Shown one piece after another: positions 56,201-64,000 of a stretch of 64,000 nucleotides of DNA; position 1 is the first letter of the stretch, and the number at the start of each line of letters is the position of its first letter. Below the pieces are notes generated by a model. The model did no database searches and was not told the DNA's origin. It worked only from the letters and a program-made list of their open reading frames with translations. This DNA is from Candidatus Aminicenantes bacterium (GTDB taxonomy: Bacteria; Acidobacteriota; Aminicenantia; Aminicenantales; Aminicenantaceae). Made by a program: the position numbers and the translations under genes. The stretch lies in the NCBI GenBank assembly GCA_011049545.1, contig DRHQ01000083.1:29766-93765 (forward strand), in the 5' to 3' direction.

Positions 56201-56460
56201 GGAATCCGGAATTAGGTCGGAGGGGGATGCGCTTTTCAGTCAGGGGACGACTCCTCGGTCTAGGGAGGTCTATCGGAGGATATACAGGTGCTCCTTCTGA
56301 ACGTCAGGTTCAGCAGATAAGCAAGGATTCTGAAGTATTAAAGACACTTATTGAGAGGATAAACAAGATAATAGAAGTGGATATTCCCAAACTGAATGAG
56401 TTGATGAACAAAAACAGCATCCCCCGTATATTTGCTGGAAAAAAAATAAGAATTAACTAG
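53293..56460 (+). CDS. Large secreted BNR/Asp-box repeat protein (sortilin/VPS10- or GH74-like beta-propeller tandem)
   Basis: 1055-aa ORF with a signal peptide and at least 11 S-x-D-x-G-x-T-W Asp-box motifs (STDSGRTWKN, TMDGGKTWTN, SRDGGKNWKN, …). Confidence 0.75.
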   Translation: MLVHHKDKGGYDMKKRIFSSRVLLVLCLGLAVSLFLGAKKAKKEPEPLIKESILDGMKWRCIGPSNMGGRIDDFAVVESNPKIIYAGTASGGVWKTTNNGVTWESIFDDQITSSIGDVTVAPSNPGIIWVGTGEPNNRQSSSWGDGVYKSTDSGRTWKNMGLRDTHHIGRIVIHPTNPDIVYVAALGHLWGPNKERGLFRTMDGGKTWTNTKFIDKNTGFVDVAIDFENPNVLYAAAYQRRRRGWGFNGGGLGSGLYRTTDSGETWARLTNGLPSGNIGRIGIDIYQRNSSIVYAVIEHKQGGFFRSENKGLTWKKMSSTNPRPMYYSKIRIDPNNEQKIWVLGGSMYVSEDGGKTFRTDIVRGEVHEDHHALWIDPSDSDHMVLGSDGGIYFSYDCGKSWDFVNTLPLGQFYEIGFDMRKPYYVYGGLQDNGSWGGPSATWHMGGITNEDWILIGWGDGFYAKVDPTDYNTIYAEMQNGNLFRFDLRSGETKSIRPDPEDEKEVYRFNWNSPILISPHDPKTIYYGGNKLFKSKNRGETWEASIDLTTQQDREKLPLMGVLLGKDTLSRHDGISYYGDITTVSESPLKEGLIYAGTDDGNLQVSRDGGKNWKNVISKVPRVPKYTYVTRVVASRFKEGTAYATFDGHRNNDFKAYVFMTTDYGESWKSISFNLPQGGIVNVIREHHRNPNLLFIGTERGAYFSIDRGKKWVKFKSNFPTVPVDDIAIHPRENDLIFATHGRSVWILDDITPLEQLTKNTLASPASLFDIRQATIFNPYRHRESLGHKLFVAPNPPFGAMISYYLKEEAKEDVKIIIQDSTSGAIRELEGSKSAGINRITWDLRYGLPEVPGEQRAGRRFRVRAPFVLPGEYQVKLKAAGQEMTKAVQVEGDPRIDISFEDRKTQHDALLSIYKLSPSLSAASRASDSIRKEIKKQEGALKKIPSAPESIHESLKAISKEIDDIRLKLLGNPELGRRGMRFSVRGRLLGLGRSIGGYTGAPSERQVQQISKDSEVLKTLIERINKIIEVDIPKLNELMNKNSIPRIFAGKKIRIN

Positions 56461-56469
56461 AGTTGCAGG

Positions 56470-57366
56470 ATGGCAAGCCTGGATTATTCACGGATCGAGA
56501 TTATAAGGAAGGTAGCAGGAATCTTTCTAGTTGTGCAGATAGCATTTGTCTCTTTCAGCTGCAAGAAGCAGACGCAGATCAGGGGGGTCGAACTCGAGGT
56601 GAGCTTTTCTGAAGCGACTTTATCAGATGACCTGATTACTGATATCCAGTATAGATGGAAGACGAAGAAGGACTTTGTAGGGATAAAAGAAGACTACAAT
56701 GCTTATGTGCATTTTTGGCATAGATATAACCTTATTTTCTATGATAATCATTCCCCCGAAATTCCAACATCTCAATGGGAGCCGGAAAAAGAATACACTT
56801 ATTCACGAAGAATATATATTCCCGCCTTTATTGATAAGTCTGGCCCTGTGTTCAAGGGAGAAGATATTTTAAGATTGTCTATCGGATTGAACTCTCCTTA
56901 TGACAGGTCCGGGAAACTACCAGAGCCTCTTCTTGAAAAAAGATTAAAGTTTTCGCCTGCTCCTCCCGATATTCCCAAAATCAGCTACGAGGACGGATGG
57001 TATGATTTAGAAATAAGCCCGGGGACTTCTCTTAAAAGGTGGAGATGGACAGCCAATGAAGCCAGATGCAAAATTGATAATCCCCGTCAGGATGCACTGC
57101 TGTTTATAAAAGGGGGGGTGAATCTGGGAGTATTGAATAATCAAAAAGTTGTCTTCAAAGTCAACGATTCGATTATAGATGAATTCATCCCAGAAGAAAG
57201 TCAATTCGAGAAATCATACAGGATAAAAAAAGAAATACTTGGCGAGGCGGATAAATTTTATCTCGTTATCTCTACAGATAAAACGTTTATCCCGAAGCAG
57301 GTTATACTTCGTTCTAAGGATGAGAGAGAGTTAGGGATCCAGATTTCTTTTATTTATTTTAGATAG
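56470..57366 (+). CDS. Hypothetical protein (N-terminal TM/lipoprotein-like), possibly co-transcribed with the BNR protein
   Basis: 298-aa ORF 10 bp after the BNR gene stop. …VSFSCKKQ… is lipobox-like. Confidence 0.5.
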   Translation: MASLDYSRIEIIRKVAGIFLVVQIAFVSFSCKKQTQIRGVELEVSFSEATLSDDLITDIQYRWKTKKDFVGIKEDYNAYVHFWHRYNLIFYDNHSPEIPTSQWEPEKEYTYSRRIYIPAFIDKSGPVFKGEDILRLSIGLNSPYDRSGKLPEPLLEKRLKFSPAPPDIPKISYEDGWYDLEISPGTSLKRWRWTANEARCKIDNPRQDALLFIKGGVNLGVLNNQKVVFKVNDSIIDEFIPEESQFEKSYRIKKEILGEADKFYLVISTDKTFIPKQVILRSKDERELGIQISFIYFR

Positions 57367-57442
57367 GTAAACGCAAATAAAGGAGAGCGGAACACCTTAG
57401 AGAACTTTCTCTTTCCCCTTATTCTTGATTTTCTTGTTAGGG

Positions 57443-58012
57443 CTATCTTCTCTTTCTGGCTCCGGTCCTTGCCTTCTGATATTCTTTCCTGGCCTTGGCT
57501 TCCTCTTCTTTAGCTTTCTGAAGTCTCAGAGAAGTTTCGCTTATATTTCTCTGAATGTTTTCTCTGGAACTCATGTCATCCATGCTGTAAAATTCTTGCC
57601 ATAGACCGTTCACTCTCGTGGTGAATAAACCTACTTGCTCTCTCGCGCTCTTCCATTTCTGCTCGAGTTCATCTGGTGTATTTTCTTGAGGCTTCGCTCT
57701 GTCCTGGCTTCTAGCCACTGATGATCTTGCTCTGGCTCTTGATGGCTCCGCTTTATCTTGTGCAGACATCTCAGATGAAGATCCTGCCGTTGCGCTTCCT
57801 TCGGAGTAGTCTGCTTGTCTTGAAATGGTAAGAGCCGGCCCTCTTTTAATATTTGACAGATCAGCATTGGTAACAACTGTCTTTTCTTGATTCTTTAGTT
57901 TTTCTCTTCTTTCTTTTTCCTTTTTGGCTAAATCAACCAAACTTTGGGAAGAAAGGACACAGGTAAGGAATAAAGGGAGAGAAATTGCTACGATAATTTT
58001 TTTAAAACTCAT
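57443..58012 (-). CDS. Hypothetical secreted low-complexity (Arg/Ser/Glu/Lys-rich) protein
   Basis: 189-aa ORF with a signal peptide, then charged coiled-coil-like sequence. Confidence 0.45.
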   Translation of the reverse strand: MSFKKIIVAISLPLFLTCVLSSQSLVDLAKKEKERREKLKNQEKTVVTNADLSNIKRGPALTISRQADYSEGSATAGSSSEMSAQDKAEPSRARARSSVARSQDRAKPQENTPDELEQKWKSAREQVGLFTTRVNGLWQEFYSMDDMSSRENIQRNISETSLRLQKAKEEEAKARKEYQKARTGARKRR

Positions 58013-58330
58013 TTTTCCTTCTCTTTAAAATTTATTTTATACATCAGAACTTTTTATGTCAATCAAACGAATAACTAACGCTCGCCAAGAATTACTGGCT
58101 CTTTCACACCTCTATTTGGCAATAAATACCGTCGGAGATTCATTATTGCCGCAAACATAATGTAATAAAAACCCTGATATAAGTAAATACCCCTTTGAGG
58201 TGATTTGGGGAATGATTTTGTTTCTTTTTTTCCTCACCTAAAAAGATGACCTACCCTCACCATTTCAGTTTACCTGATTTATTCATAAATTATGCCGACA
58301 CCAATATTCATTTTCATTGATATCTGGTAA

Positions 58331-58624
58331 AAAAAGGGGACAGGCTACTTTTTCTATAAGAAACAGGACAGCTCTGGGGTCAGGCCTTGCCATCGAGAAA
58401 AGATATTTTCCGCACTCTTGTCCCTGCAGCATTCCCTCGGACAAGGTCTGGCCCCAAAAGGCCCATCAGAAAAAGTAGCCTGTTGTACTAGCTCAATAAT
58501 TCGGTAACACTTTTTAGATGTCATTGCCACACTCCCTTCGGTCGCTCGCAATGACACTTCTGTCTTCAATATCATTACAGAAAGTGTTACCTAATTACTG
58601 AGCATAAACACCTGTCCCCTTTTA
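58331..58624. repeat. Composite nested MITE-like element: outer TIRs AAAAAGGGGACAGGCTACTTTTTC / GAAAAAGTAGCCTGT (family of 12831-12919) enclosing a CTGGGGTC…GGTCTGGCCCC unit (family of 44168-44279) and a GGTAACACTTT…AAAGTGTTACC / GTCATTGC…GCAATGAC hairpin
   Basis: Direct comparison of the arms against 12831-12919 and 44168-44279. A terminal CACCTGTCCCCTTTT (58610-58624) again complements the left arm. Confidence 0.7.
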
Positions 58625-58632
58625 TTTGTTTT

Positions 58633-61002
58633 CTACTGAGCTGTCCGAATAAAAATTGTCCGCCCATCTGAGGAGACTTCTACGGCTCCATGAACATCGG
58701 TGCGGAAGACTTTGGCTCCTATTTTTTTGTACCTTCCTAAAATTTCTTGATCTGGAAAGCCGTACCTGTTGCCCGCGCCCAGGGAGATCACAACGATTTC
58801 AGGAGATATCCTGAGGAGAAACGCTTCGGTGCTTGAAGATAGGCTTCCGTGGTGAGGAGATTTGAGCACCTGGCTTTTGATTTGCCCGGGGCTTTCTAAA
58901 ATCTTTTTTTCAGCATCCATGCCGATATCACCTGAGAGAAGAAATGAAATTTGATTATAGGAGAGTCTGAGTACAAGAGAGTGGTCATTGCTTATAGTGT
59001 AAACATAAGGCTCTCCTTTATCAGGATGAAGAACTTCGATTCTCACCTTTCTTTCATGATGGGAGTAGCCACGGAAAAGCCTTTTGCGAGAGACAGATGA
59101 AGAGAGCGATCTTGTGAATTCCGTGTATGGATCACTTTCCAAGGGACTGAAAGCTTCCCAGTATTCACCTATTTTAAAATTTCTGGCAACTGCTAGTAAG
59201 CCGTTTAGATGATCGGGATGTGCATGGGTTAAAACAAGGTAATCAATTTTTTTTATTCCTTTCTCCCAAAGGAAAGGAGAAACTACATGTTCGCCTATAT
59301 CAAAAGTTCCCCCTGGATGACCGCCTCCATCGATAAGCATTTTTTTACGGCCTGGAAATTCAACCAATATAGACTCTCCCTGTCCGACATCGATAAAAGT
59401 GAGCTTAAGGTTTTTGGAAAAAGAGGGAAAAGGATAGGATATCAGAACAGTAAAGAAGACAAGAAAAAGGAAGATAAAGACCAATTTTTGTCTCCTTATT
59501 TTGGAAGGAAGGAGCAAGAGAAGCAAAAAAAGGAAATAGCCGATTATGGTGAGGAGATGGGGTGTGGGTATTCGGTAGGAAATGAAAGAGACTTTTTCAA
59601 AGAGATGTGAACAACTGATAAGAAGGTTTATGAAAGATTCCATGCCTTTGGCAAGAAATTGGGACAGGAAAGAGCTTGCGAAGGAAAGGGGGAAGAATAT
59701 ATAACCGCCGGCCATGATCAGCCCTACCAGAGGTAACGCGACATAGTTAAGGATAAGAGAGGAGAAAGTCACCCTGTTAAAAGAGCTGGCAATAAAAGGG
59801 AGAACTCCGAGTTGGGCTGTAAGGGAGAGAACAAGGATCTCGCTGATTCTGAAGGGAAGGCGGGGGAAGTATTTAATGATCCTGGGAAAAAAGAGAATGA
59901 TGGAAAAGGTGGCAGCAAAAGTAAGCTGGAAACCTACATTAAACAGACTAAAGGGATTGAAAACAAGAAGGATAACGGCGCTGATGGAGATCGTGTTGAT
60001 GAGGTTGACATTCCTCCAGATGAGTTTCCCCAGGAGAAATGCCACAGCCATTATTGTAGCCCTCATTACAGATGGCCTGCCTTCCACCAAAAAGGCATAA
60101 AAAACAAGAAAGAAAATCACGAACAGATAAGAGAGGCGTGTGGGCACTCTCGAAAGCTTCAAAAGAGAGAAAAGAAAGAAGGAAATAATTGCAATATGAG
60201 CTCCAGAAATAGCAAAAAGATGATAAATTCCCGCCTTTTGGAGAGACTGGGTGATAGAAGGATCCATTCTTGATCTTTCACCCAAGAGGAGCGCTTCAAG
60301 AACAGCTCCCTGAGAAGAAAGTGCGCTTGTTTCAGAGGAAAAGTAATTTTCGATTTTTTGCTGTAATTTTTGGCGAATAACAGATACTAAATGTAAGGGA
60401 GAGTACTTTTTTCCGGATTCTAATCTTTCTACAAGAAGCGCGCTTTTGGAAAAAGCCCTGTTGTGTATGTTCTGGCTCTTGAGATATGCATTCATGGAAG
60501 ATGCTTTAAAGTTTCTAAAACCTCTGGAAGAAAGAAGACGGGCAGAAACCTTGATTTTATCATGGATAAAAAGGTTGAGAGAGGAGGAAGACTCTGAGGA
60601 ATGAGGCACTGTGATCCTCAGATTCCCTCTGATTTTTTCCTCCTTATTCTCGTAAAAAACTTTTTTTACTTTTATGAAGAGAACGTCCCTGTCAAGTCCA
60701 CGAGAGGGAGATTTGTATAAAGTGCCGTAAAAATCGGCATAATTTGAGAGCTTTAGCCTCTGAAGAGAATTTTCTTCGAAATTTCTGTTGGAGAGAGAAT
60801 AGAGACTTGCACCGAAAAGAAAAGTAGAGAGGAGAATTACAAGGAAAGAGTGTCTTTCTTTTCTGATGATAAAGAAGAGCCAGGCACAAGCGAGAGATGT
60901 TACCAAGGATAAGATCCAGGTTAGCAAGGAGAAGGAGAGAAAAGAAGATAGTAAAATTCCTGATGCCAGCGATAAAGCCAGGAAGAGGAACGGAAAAAGC
61001 AT
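58633..61002 (-). CDS. comEC: DNA internalisation competence protein ComEC/Rec2
   Basis: 789-aa ORF with a polytopic Competence domain plus C-terminal metallo-beta-lactamase motif (LVLTHAHPDHLNGL). Confidence 0.85.
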   Translation of the reverse strand: MLFPFLFLALSLASGILLSSFLSFSLLTWILSLVTSLACAWLFFIIRKERHSFLVILLSTFLFGASLYSLSNRNFEENSLQRLKLSNYADFYGTLYKSPSRGLDRDVLFIKVKKVFYENKEEKIRGNLRITVPHSSESSSSLNLFIHDKIKVSARLLSSRGFRNFKASSMNAYLKSQNIHNRAFSKSALLVERLESGKKYSPLHLVSVIRQKLQQKIENYFSSETSALSSQGAVLEALLLGERSRMDPSITQSLQKAGIYHLFAISGAHIAIISFFLFSLLKLSRVPTRLSYLFVIFFLVFYAFLVEGRPSVMRATIMAVAFLLGKLIWRNVNLINTISISAVILLVFNPFSLFNVGFQLTFAATFSIILFFPRIIKYFPRLPFRISEILVLSLTAQLGVLPFIASSFNRVTFSSLILNYVALPLVGLIMAGGYIFFPLSFASSFLSQFLAKGMESFINLLISCSHLFEKVSFISYRIPTPHLLTIIGYFLFLLLLLLPSKIRRQKLVFIFLFLVFFTVLISYPFPSFSKNLKLTFIDVGQGESILVEFPGRKKMLIDGGGHPGGTFDIGEHVVSPFLWEKGIKKIDYLVLTHAHPDHLNGLLAVARNFKIGEYWEAFSPLESDPYTEFTRSLSSSVSRKRLFRGYSHHERKVRIEVLHPDKGEPYVYTISNDHSLVLRLSYNQISFLLSGDIGMDAEKKILESPGQIKSQVLKSPHHGSLSSSTEAFLLRISPEIVVISLGAGNRYGFPDQEILGRYKKIGAKVFRTDVHGAVEVSSDGRTIFIRTAQ

Positions 61003-61016
61003 CGGTTTAATGAAGA

Positions 61017-62321
61017 CTAAGGTGAATATGATTCAAGATGGCCCTGACGCTCAAGACAATCCAAGAGAAGGTGGCACATAATTTTGATGCCCAGGGTTAT
61101 GCTTCCTTCATCAGGATTAAAATAAGGATTGTGAAGCGGAGCCACGGTTTCTTGTCCGGGGTTTTTAACACCCAAGAAAAAATAGAAACCTGGAATTTCC
61201 TGGCAGTAATACGAGAAATCCTCAGCTACCATCTGCGGAGCTAGCTCTTTGACGTGCTCTTCTCCCAGGACTTTCAAAAGAGTGGGGAGCATGATTTTTG
61301 CCAATTCTGGATGGTTGTATAGAGATGGGGCGCCTTTTCTATAGTTAAAAGTGTAGTCTGCTCCGAACGAATGAGTGATTCCTTTTACTATATTTTCCAT
61401 CAATTGTGGAATTTTTTCCCTGTTCCTTTCACTCAGAGTCCTAACCGTTCCCTCAAGAATAACTTTTTGAGCAATAATATTAGATCTTGTTCCTCCATTG
61501 ATCTTTCCGATAGTCAACACAGCAGGGTCAGTGGGATTGGTTGTGCGGCTGATAACAGATTGGAGACTCATCACTATATTAGAAGCCAGGGCAATGGAAT
61601 CAACTCCCTTGTGAGGCTGGGCTCCATGAGAGCTTTTTCCTTTGATGACGATTTGAAACCAGTCTGAGCTTGCCATCATATGGCCTGGGATAAAGTATGC
61701 TTTTCCTAGATCTTCAGGCCAAACGTGAAGCCCAAAAATCGCTCCAACAGAAGGCTCTTGCAGAACGCCTTCTTTTATCATCAGACTCGCCCCGCCCTCC
61801 TCGCCGGGAGGGGGCCCCTCTTCGGCAGGCTGGAAGATAAATTTGATGTTGCCTTTGATTTTGTCTCTCAGCCCAGTCAGGACCATGGCTGTGCCTAGAG
61901 CAATGGAGGTATGGATATCGTGACCGCAGGCGTGCATGACTCCTGGATTTAGCGATTTAAAAGGAACGTCCGTCAATTCCTGGATGGGTAAAGCATCCAT
62001 ATCTGCTCTTATGCCCACTGTGGCTCCTTGCTGAGAGCCGCGGAGCAAAGCCACCACACCAGTTTTAGCGATTCCTTTTTTGACTTCCAGGCCTAAGGAT
62101 ATGAGCTTAGCACCCACGAGTTTAGCCGTCTCATACTCACGATTGCTTAGTTCTGGGTTCATGTGTAAGAAGCGTCGCATTTTTATGATTTCAAGGTTAT
62201 GTTTTTGGATTTCTTTTTCTATCCGAAGTGCTGTGGTTTTATCAACTGTGATGCCTTTTAGGGGAAAAAGAAGCAGGGCAAATGAGAGCAATAAAATTTT
62301 ATACCTGAGATTCCCTTGCAT
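61017..62321 (-). CDS. M20D family amidohydrolase/peptidase (signal peptide)
   Basis: 434-aa ORF with metal ligands …HACGHD…; read here as aminoacylase/hippurate-hydrolase-like. Carries an N-terminal signal. Confidence 0.75.
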   Translation of the reverse strand: MQGNLRYKILLLSFALLLFPLKGITVDKTTALRIEKEIQKHNLEIIKMRRFLHMNPELSNREYETAKLVGAKLISLGLEVKKGIAKTGVVALLRGSQQGATVGIRADMDALPIQELTDVPFKSLNPGVMHACGHDIHTSIALGTAMVLTGLRDKIKGNIKFIFQPAEEGPPPGEEGGASLMIKEGVLQEPSVGAIFGLHVWPEDLGKAYFIPGHMMASSDWFQIVIKGKSSHGAQPHKGVDSIALASNIVMSLQSVISRTTNPTDPAVLTIGKINGGTRSNIIAQKVILEGTVRTLSERNREKIPQLMENIVKGITHSFGADYTFNYRKGAPSLYNHPELAKIMLPTLLKVLGEEHVKELAPQMVAEDFSYYCQEIPGFYFFLGVKNPGQETVAPLHNPYFNPDEGSITLGIKIMCHLLLDCLERQGHLESYSP

Positions 62322-62374
62322 GGATTTATCTTAGATTTGCTGCAGGATAAAGTCAAGAAATCATATAAGATGGC

Positions 62375-63982
62375 TCAGATGGCGATTGTTTCCTTAAAAG
62401 TGCCGTAAGCATCTTTGAGGACGGAAGATATTTCCCCGAGAGTGGCCATTGCTTTTACAGCATTCATTATATAAGGAAAAAGGTTCTTTTCAGCCTCAAG
62501 CGCCTCTCTTAATGCCTGCAACTGCTTTTTCACATGTTCTGCTGACCTTTTATCTTTTAAGAGATTGAGTTTTTTTATTTGAGCCTTTTCTAACTTTTTT
62601 GGAGGATAATAGAGCCTAAAGCGAATTTTTTCTTCCTTATTTTTGTACTCGTTAAGACCAACGATAATCTGTTCTTTGCTTTCAATTTGTTTTTGATATT
62701 TATAGGCACTTTCTTGAATTTCCTTCTGAATAAATCCTTTTTCAATAGCGGCGAGCATTCCTCCCCATTCTTCTATTTTCTGGAGATATTCCATTACTTT
62801 TTCCTCAATCTGGTTAGTCAAGCTCTCTATAAAATAAGAGGATCCTAAAGGATCTACTGTATTAGCCACTCCACTTTCGTGGGCAATGATTTGTTGTGTC
62901 CGGAGCGCTATTTGGACCGATTCCTCGCTGGGGAGAGCCAGGGCCTCGTCCCTGGAGTTTGTGTGAAGAGATTGTGTGCCTCCCAAGATTGCGGCTAGAG
63001 CTTGAAGGGTGATCCTGATGACGTTGTTTTCAGGCTGTTGGGCTAAAAGAGCCACTCCGCTTGTCTGAGTGTGGAACCTGAATTTCCAGGAGAGAGGATT
63101 TTTCGCCTTATACTTTTCTCTCATGAGCTTGGCCCATATTCGCCTTGCAGCGCGAAACTTGGCAATCTCTTCAAAGAAGTTATTATGGGATGCCAGAAAA
63201 AAAGAAAGGCGAGGGGCGAAGGTGTCCACCTCAAGGCCTGCTTTTCGAGCAGCCTCGACATAGGTGATAGCATTAGCCAAGGTGAAAGCCAGTTCCTGAA
63301 CAGCCGTAGCTCCCGCTTCTCTGATATGGTAGCCGCTGATGCTCATCGTGTTCCATTGAGGAACATTTTTTTGGCAGAAGGCAAGAATGTCTGTGATGAT
63401 TTTAAGAGAAGCATGAGGAGGGTATATATAGGTTCCTCGCGCGATATATTCTTTGAGAATATCGTTTTGGATTGTCCCTGAGAGCTTGCTCCATTCAATC
63501 CCTTTTTTTTCTGCTAAGGCCAAGTACATGGCGAGAATAATGGCTGCTGTGGAGTTGATTGTCATGGAAACGCTGACTTTATCGAGGGGAATGTGGTTGA
63601 AAAGTATTTCCATATCATCGAGGGAGTCGATAGCCACTCCTACTTTGCCCACTTCCCCACTGGCAAGAGGATGGTCCGAATCAAAACCAAGCTGGGTTGG
63701 AAGATCAAAAGCCACACTTAGTCCTGTCTGGCCTTGGGAGAGGAGAAAGCGGTATCTTCTGTTGGACTCTTCCGCTGTTCCAAAACCAGCATACTGGCGC
63801 ATAGTCCACAGCTTTCCCCTGTACATAGTTGGATAAATGCCCCGGGTAAAAGGATATTTACCGGGATCACCCAGATCCTGAGAGAAGTTGAAGTTCGTTA
63901 GATCTTTTTCGCTGTAGATATTTTTAATTTCAATCCGGGAAGGAGTTGAAAATTTATCTTTTCTTTCTTTATCTGAGGCCAT
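62375..63982 (-). CDS. Methylmalonyl-CoA mutase family large subunit (catalytic TIM-barrel domain only; B12-binding domain not in this ORF)
   Basis: 535-aa ORF: …[37 protein letters not shown]…; looks like acyl-CoA mutase N-terminal domains. The start lies 18 bp from the window edge. Confidence 0.8.
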   Translation of the reverse strand: MASDKERKDKFSTPSRIEIKNIYSEKDLTNFNFSQDLGDPGKYPFTRGIYPTMYRGKLWTMRQYAGFGTAEESNRRYRFLLSQGQTGLSVAFDLPTQLGFDSDHPLASGEVGKVGVAIDSLDDMEILFNHIPLDKVSVSMTINSTAAIILAMYLALAEKKGIEWSKLSGTIQNDILKEYIARGTYIYPPHASLKIITDILAFCQKNVPQWNTMSISGYHIREAGATAVQELAFTLANAITYVEAARKAGLEVDTFAPRLSFFLASHNNFFEEIAKFRAARRIWAKLMREKYKAKNPLSWKFRFHTQTSGVALLAQQPENNVIRITLQALAAILGGTQSLHTNSRDEALALPSEESVQIALRTQQIIAHESGVANTVDPLGSSYFIESLTNQIEEKVMEYLQKIEEWGGMLAAIEKGFIQKEIQESAYKYQKQIESKEQIIVGLNEYKNKEEKIRFRLYYPPKKLEKAQIKKLNLLKDKRSAEHVKKQLQALREALEAEKNLFPYIMNAVKAMATLGEISSVLKDAYGTFKETIAI

Positions 63983-64000
63983 AATCCGCTCAGACTTCTA

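Overview
This is a 64-kb bacterial chromosomal segment of moderate-to-low GC, apparently from a Gram-negative organism: it carries lpxK, an lpxL-family lipid A acyltransferase, tatAC, type IV pilus genes, and a partial V-type ATPase operon.

Housekeeping genes occupy most of the window. Positions 1-19.8 kb hold the 3' end of a V-type ATP synthase operon (subunit A C-terminus, B, D), a convergent NamZ-like/MurQ-like peptidoglycan-recycling pair, dCMP deaminase plus a P-loop kinase, tatA and tatC, an S41 C-terminal peptidase, rpiB, an SHMT-family gene, purD, purE, an MtaB-like methylthiotransferase, 3-methyladenine glycosylase, two NTF2-like lipoproteins and mutL. Positions 35.6-64 kb hold pilB-pilT-pilC, a pilS-like kinase and pilR-like sigma54 regulator, two tandem pilins (the first behind a canonical sigma54 -24/-12 promoter), plsC, gmhA, pckA, an aspartate aminotransferase, a UDP-glucuronate decarboxylase, rph, an lpxL-family acyltransferase, lpxK, a 1055-aa BNR/Asp-box secreted protein, comEC, an M20 amidohydrolase and a methylmalonyl-CoA-mutase-family large subunit.

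A ~15.7-kb accessory region sits between them, downstream of an intact tRNA-Pro(TGG) and tRNA-Arg(TCT). It contains two pairs of tRNA 3'-fragment direct repeats (Pro-derived and Asn-derived) and a thrice-repeated promoter/leader module. It also contains a visibly AT-rich block (about 22.6-29.2 kb) of uncharacterised, mostly same-strand genes, including two HEPN-like candidates, a possible PD-(D/E)xK protein, a DUF4238-like protein paired with a TPR-like protein, and further hypotheticals. Beyond that lie a HAD-GDPD fusion, a DsrE-like gene, a NYN/LOTUS gene and a small repeat-flanked Zn-ribbon/membrane cassette. No integrase, transposase, rRNA or CRISPR array was found.

The whole window is seeded with at least six families of short palindromic or MITE-like repeats, several nested or in tandem. 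The most interesting candidate is the AT-rich cargo block, which may hold defence or toxin-antitoxin genes including an undescribed arrangement. Every functional call there is inferred from motifs only.
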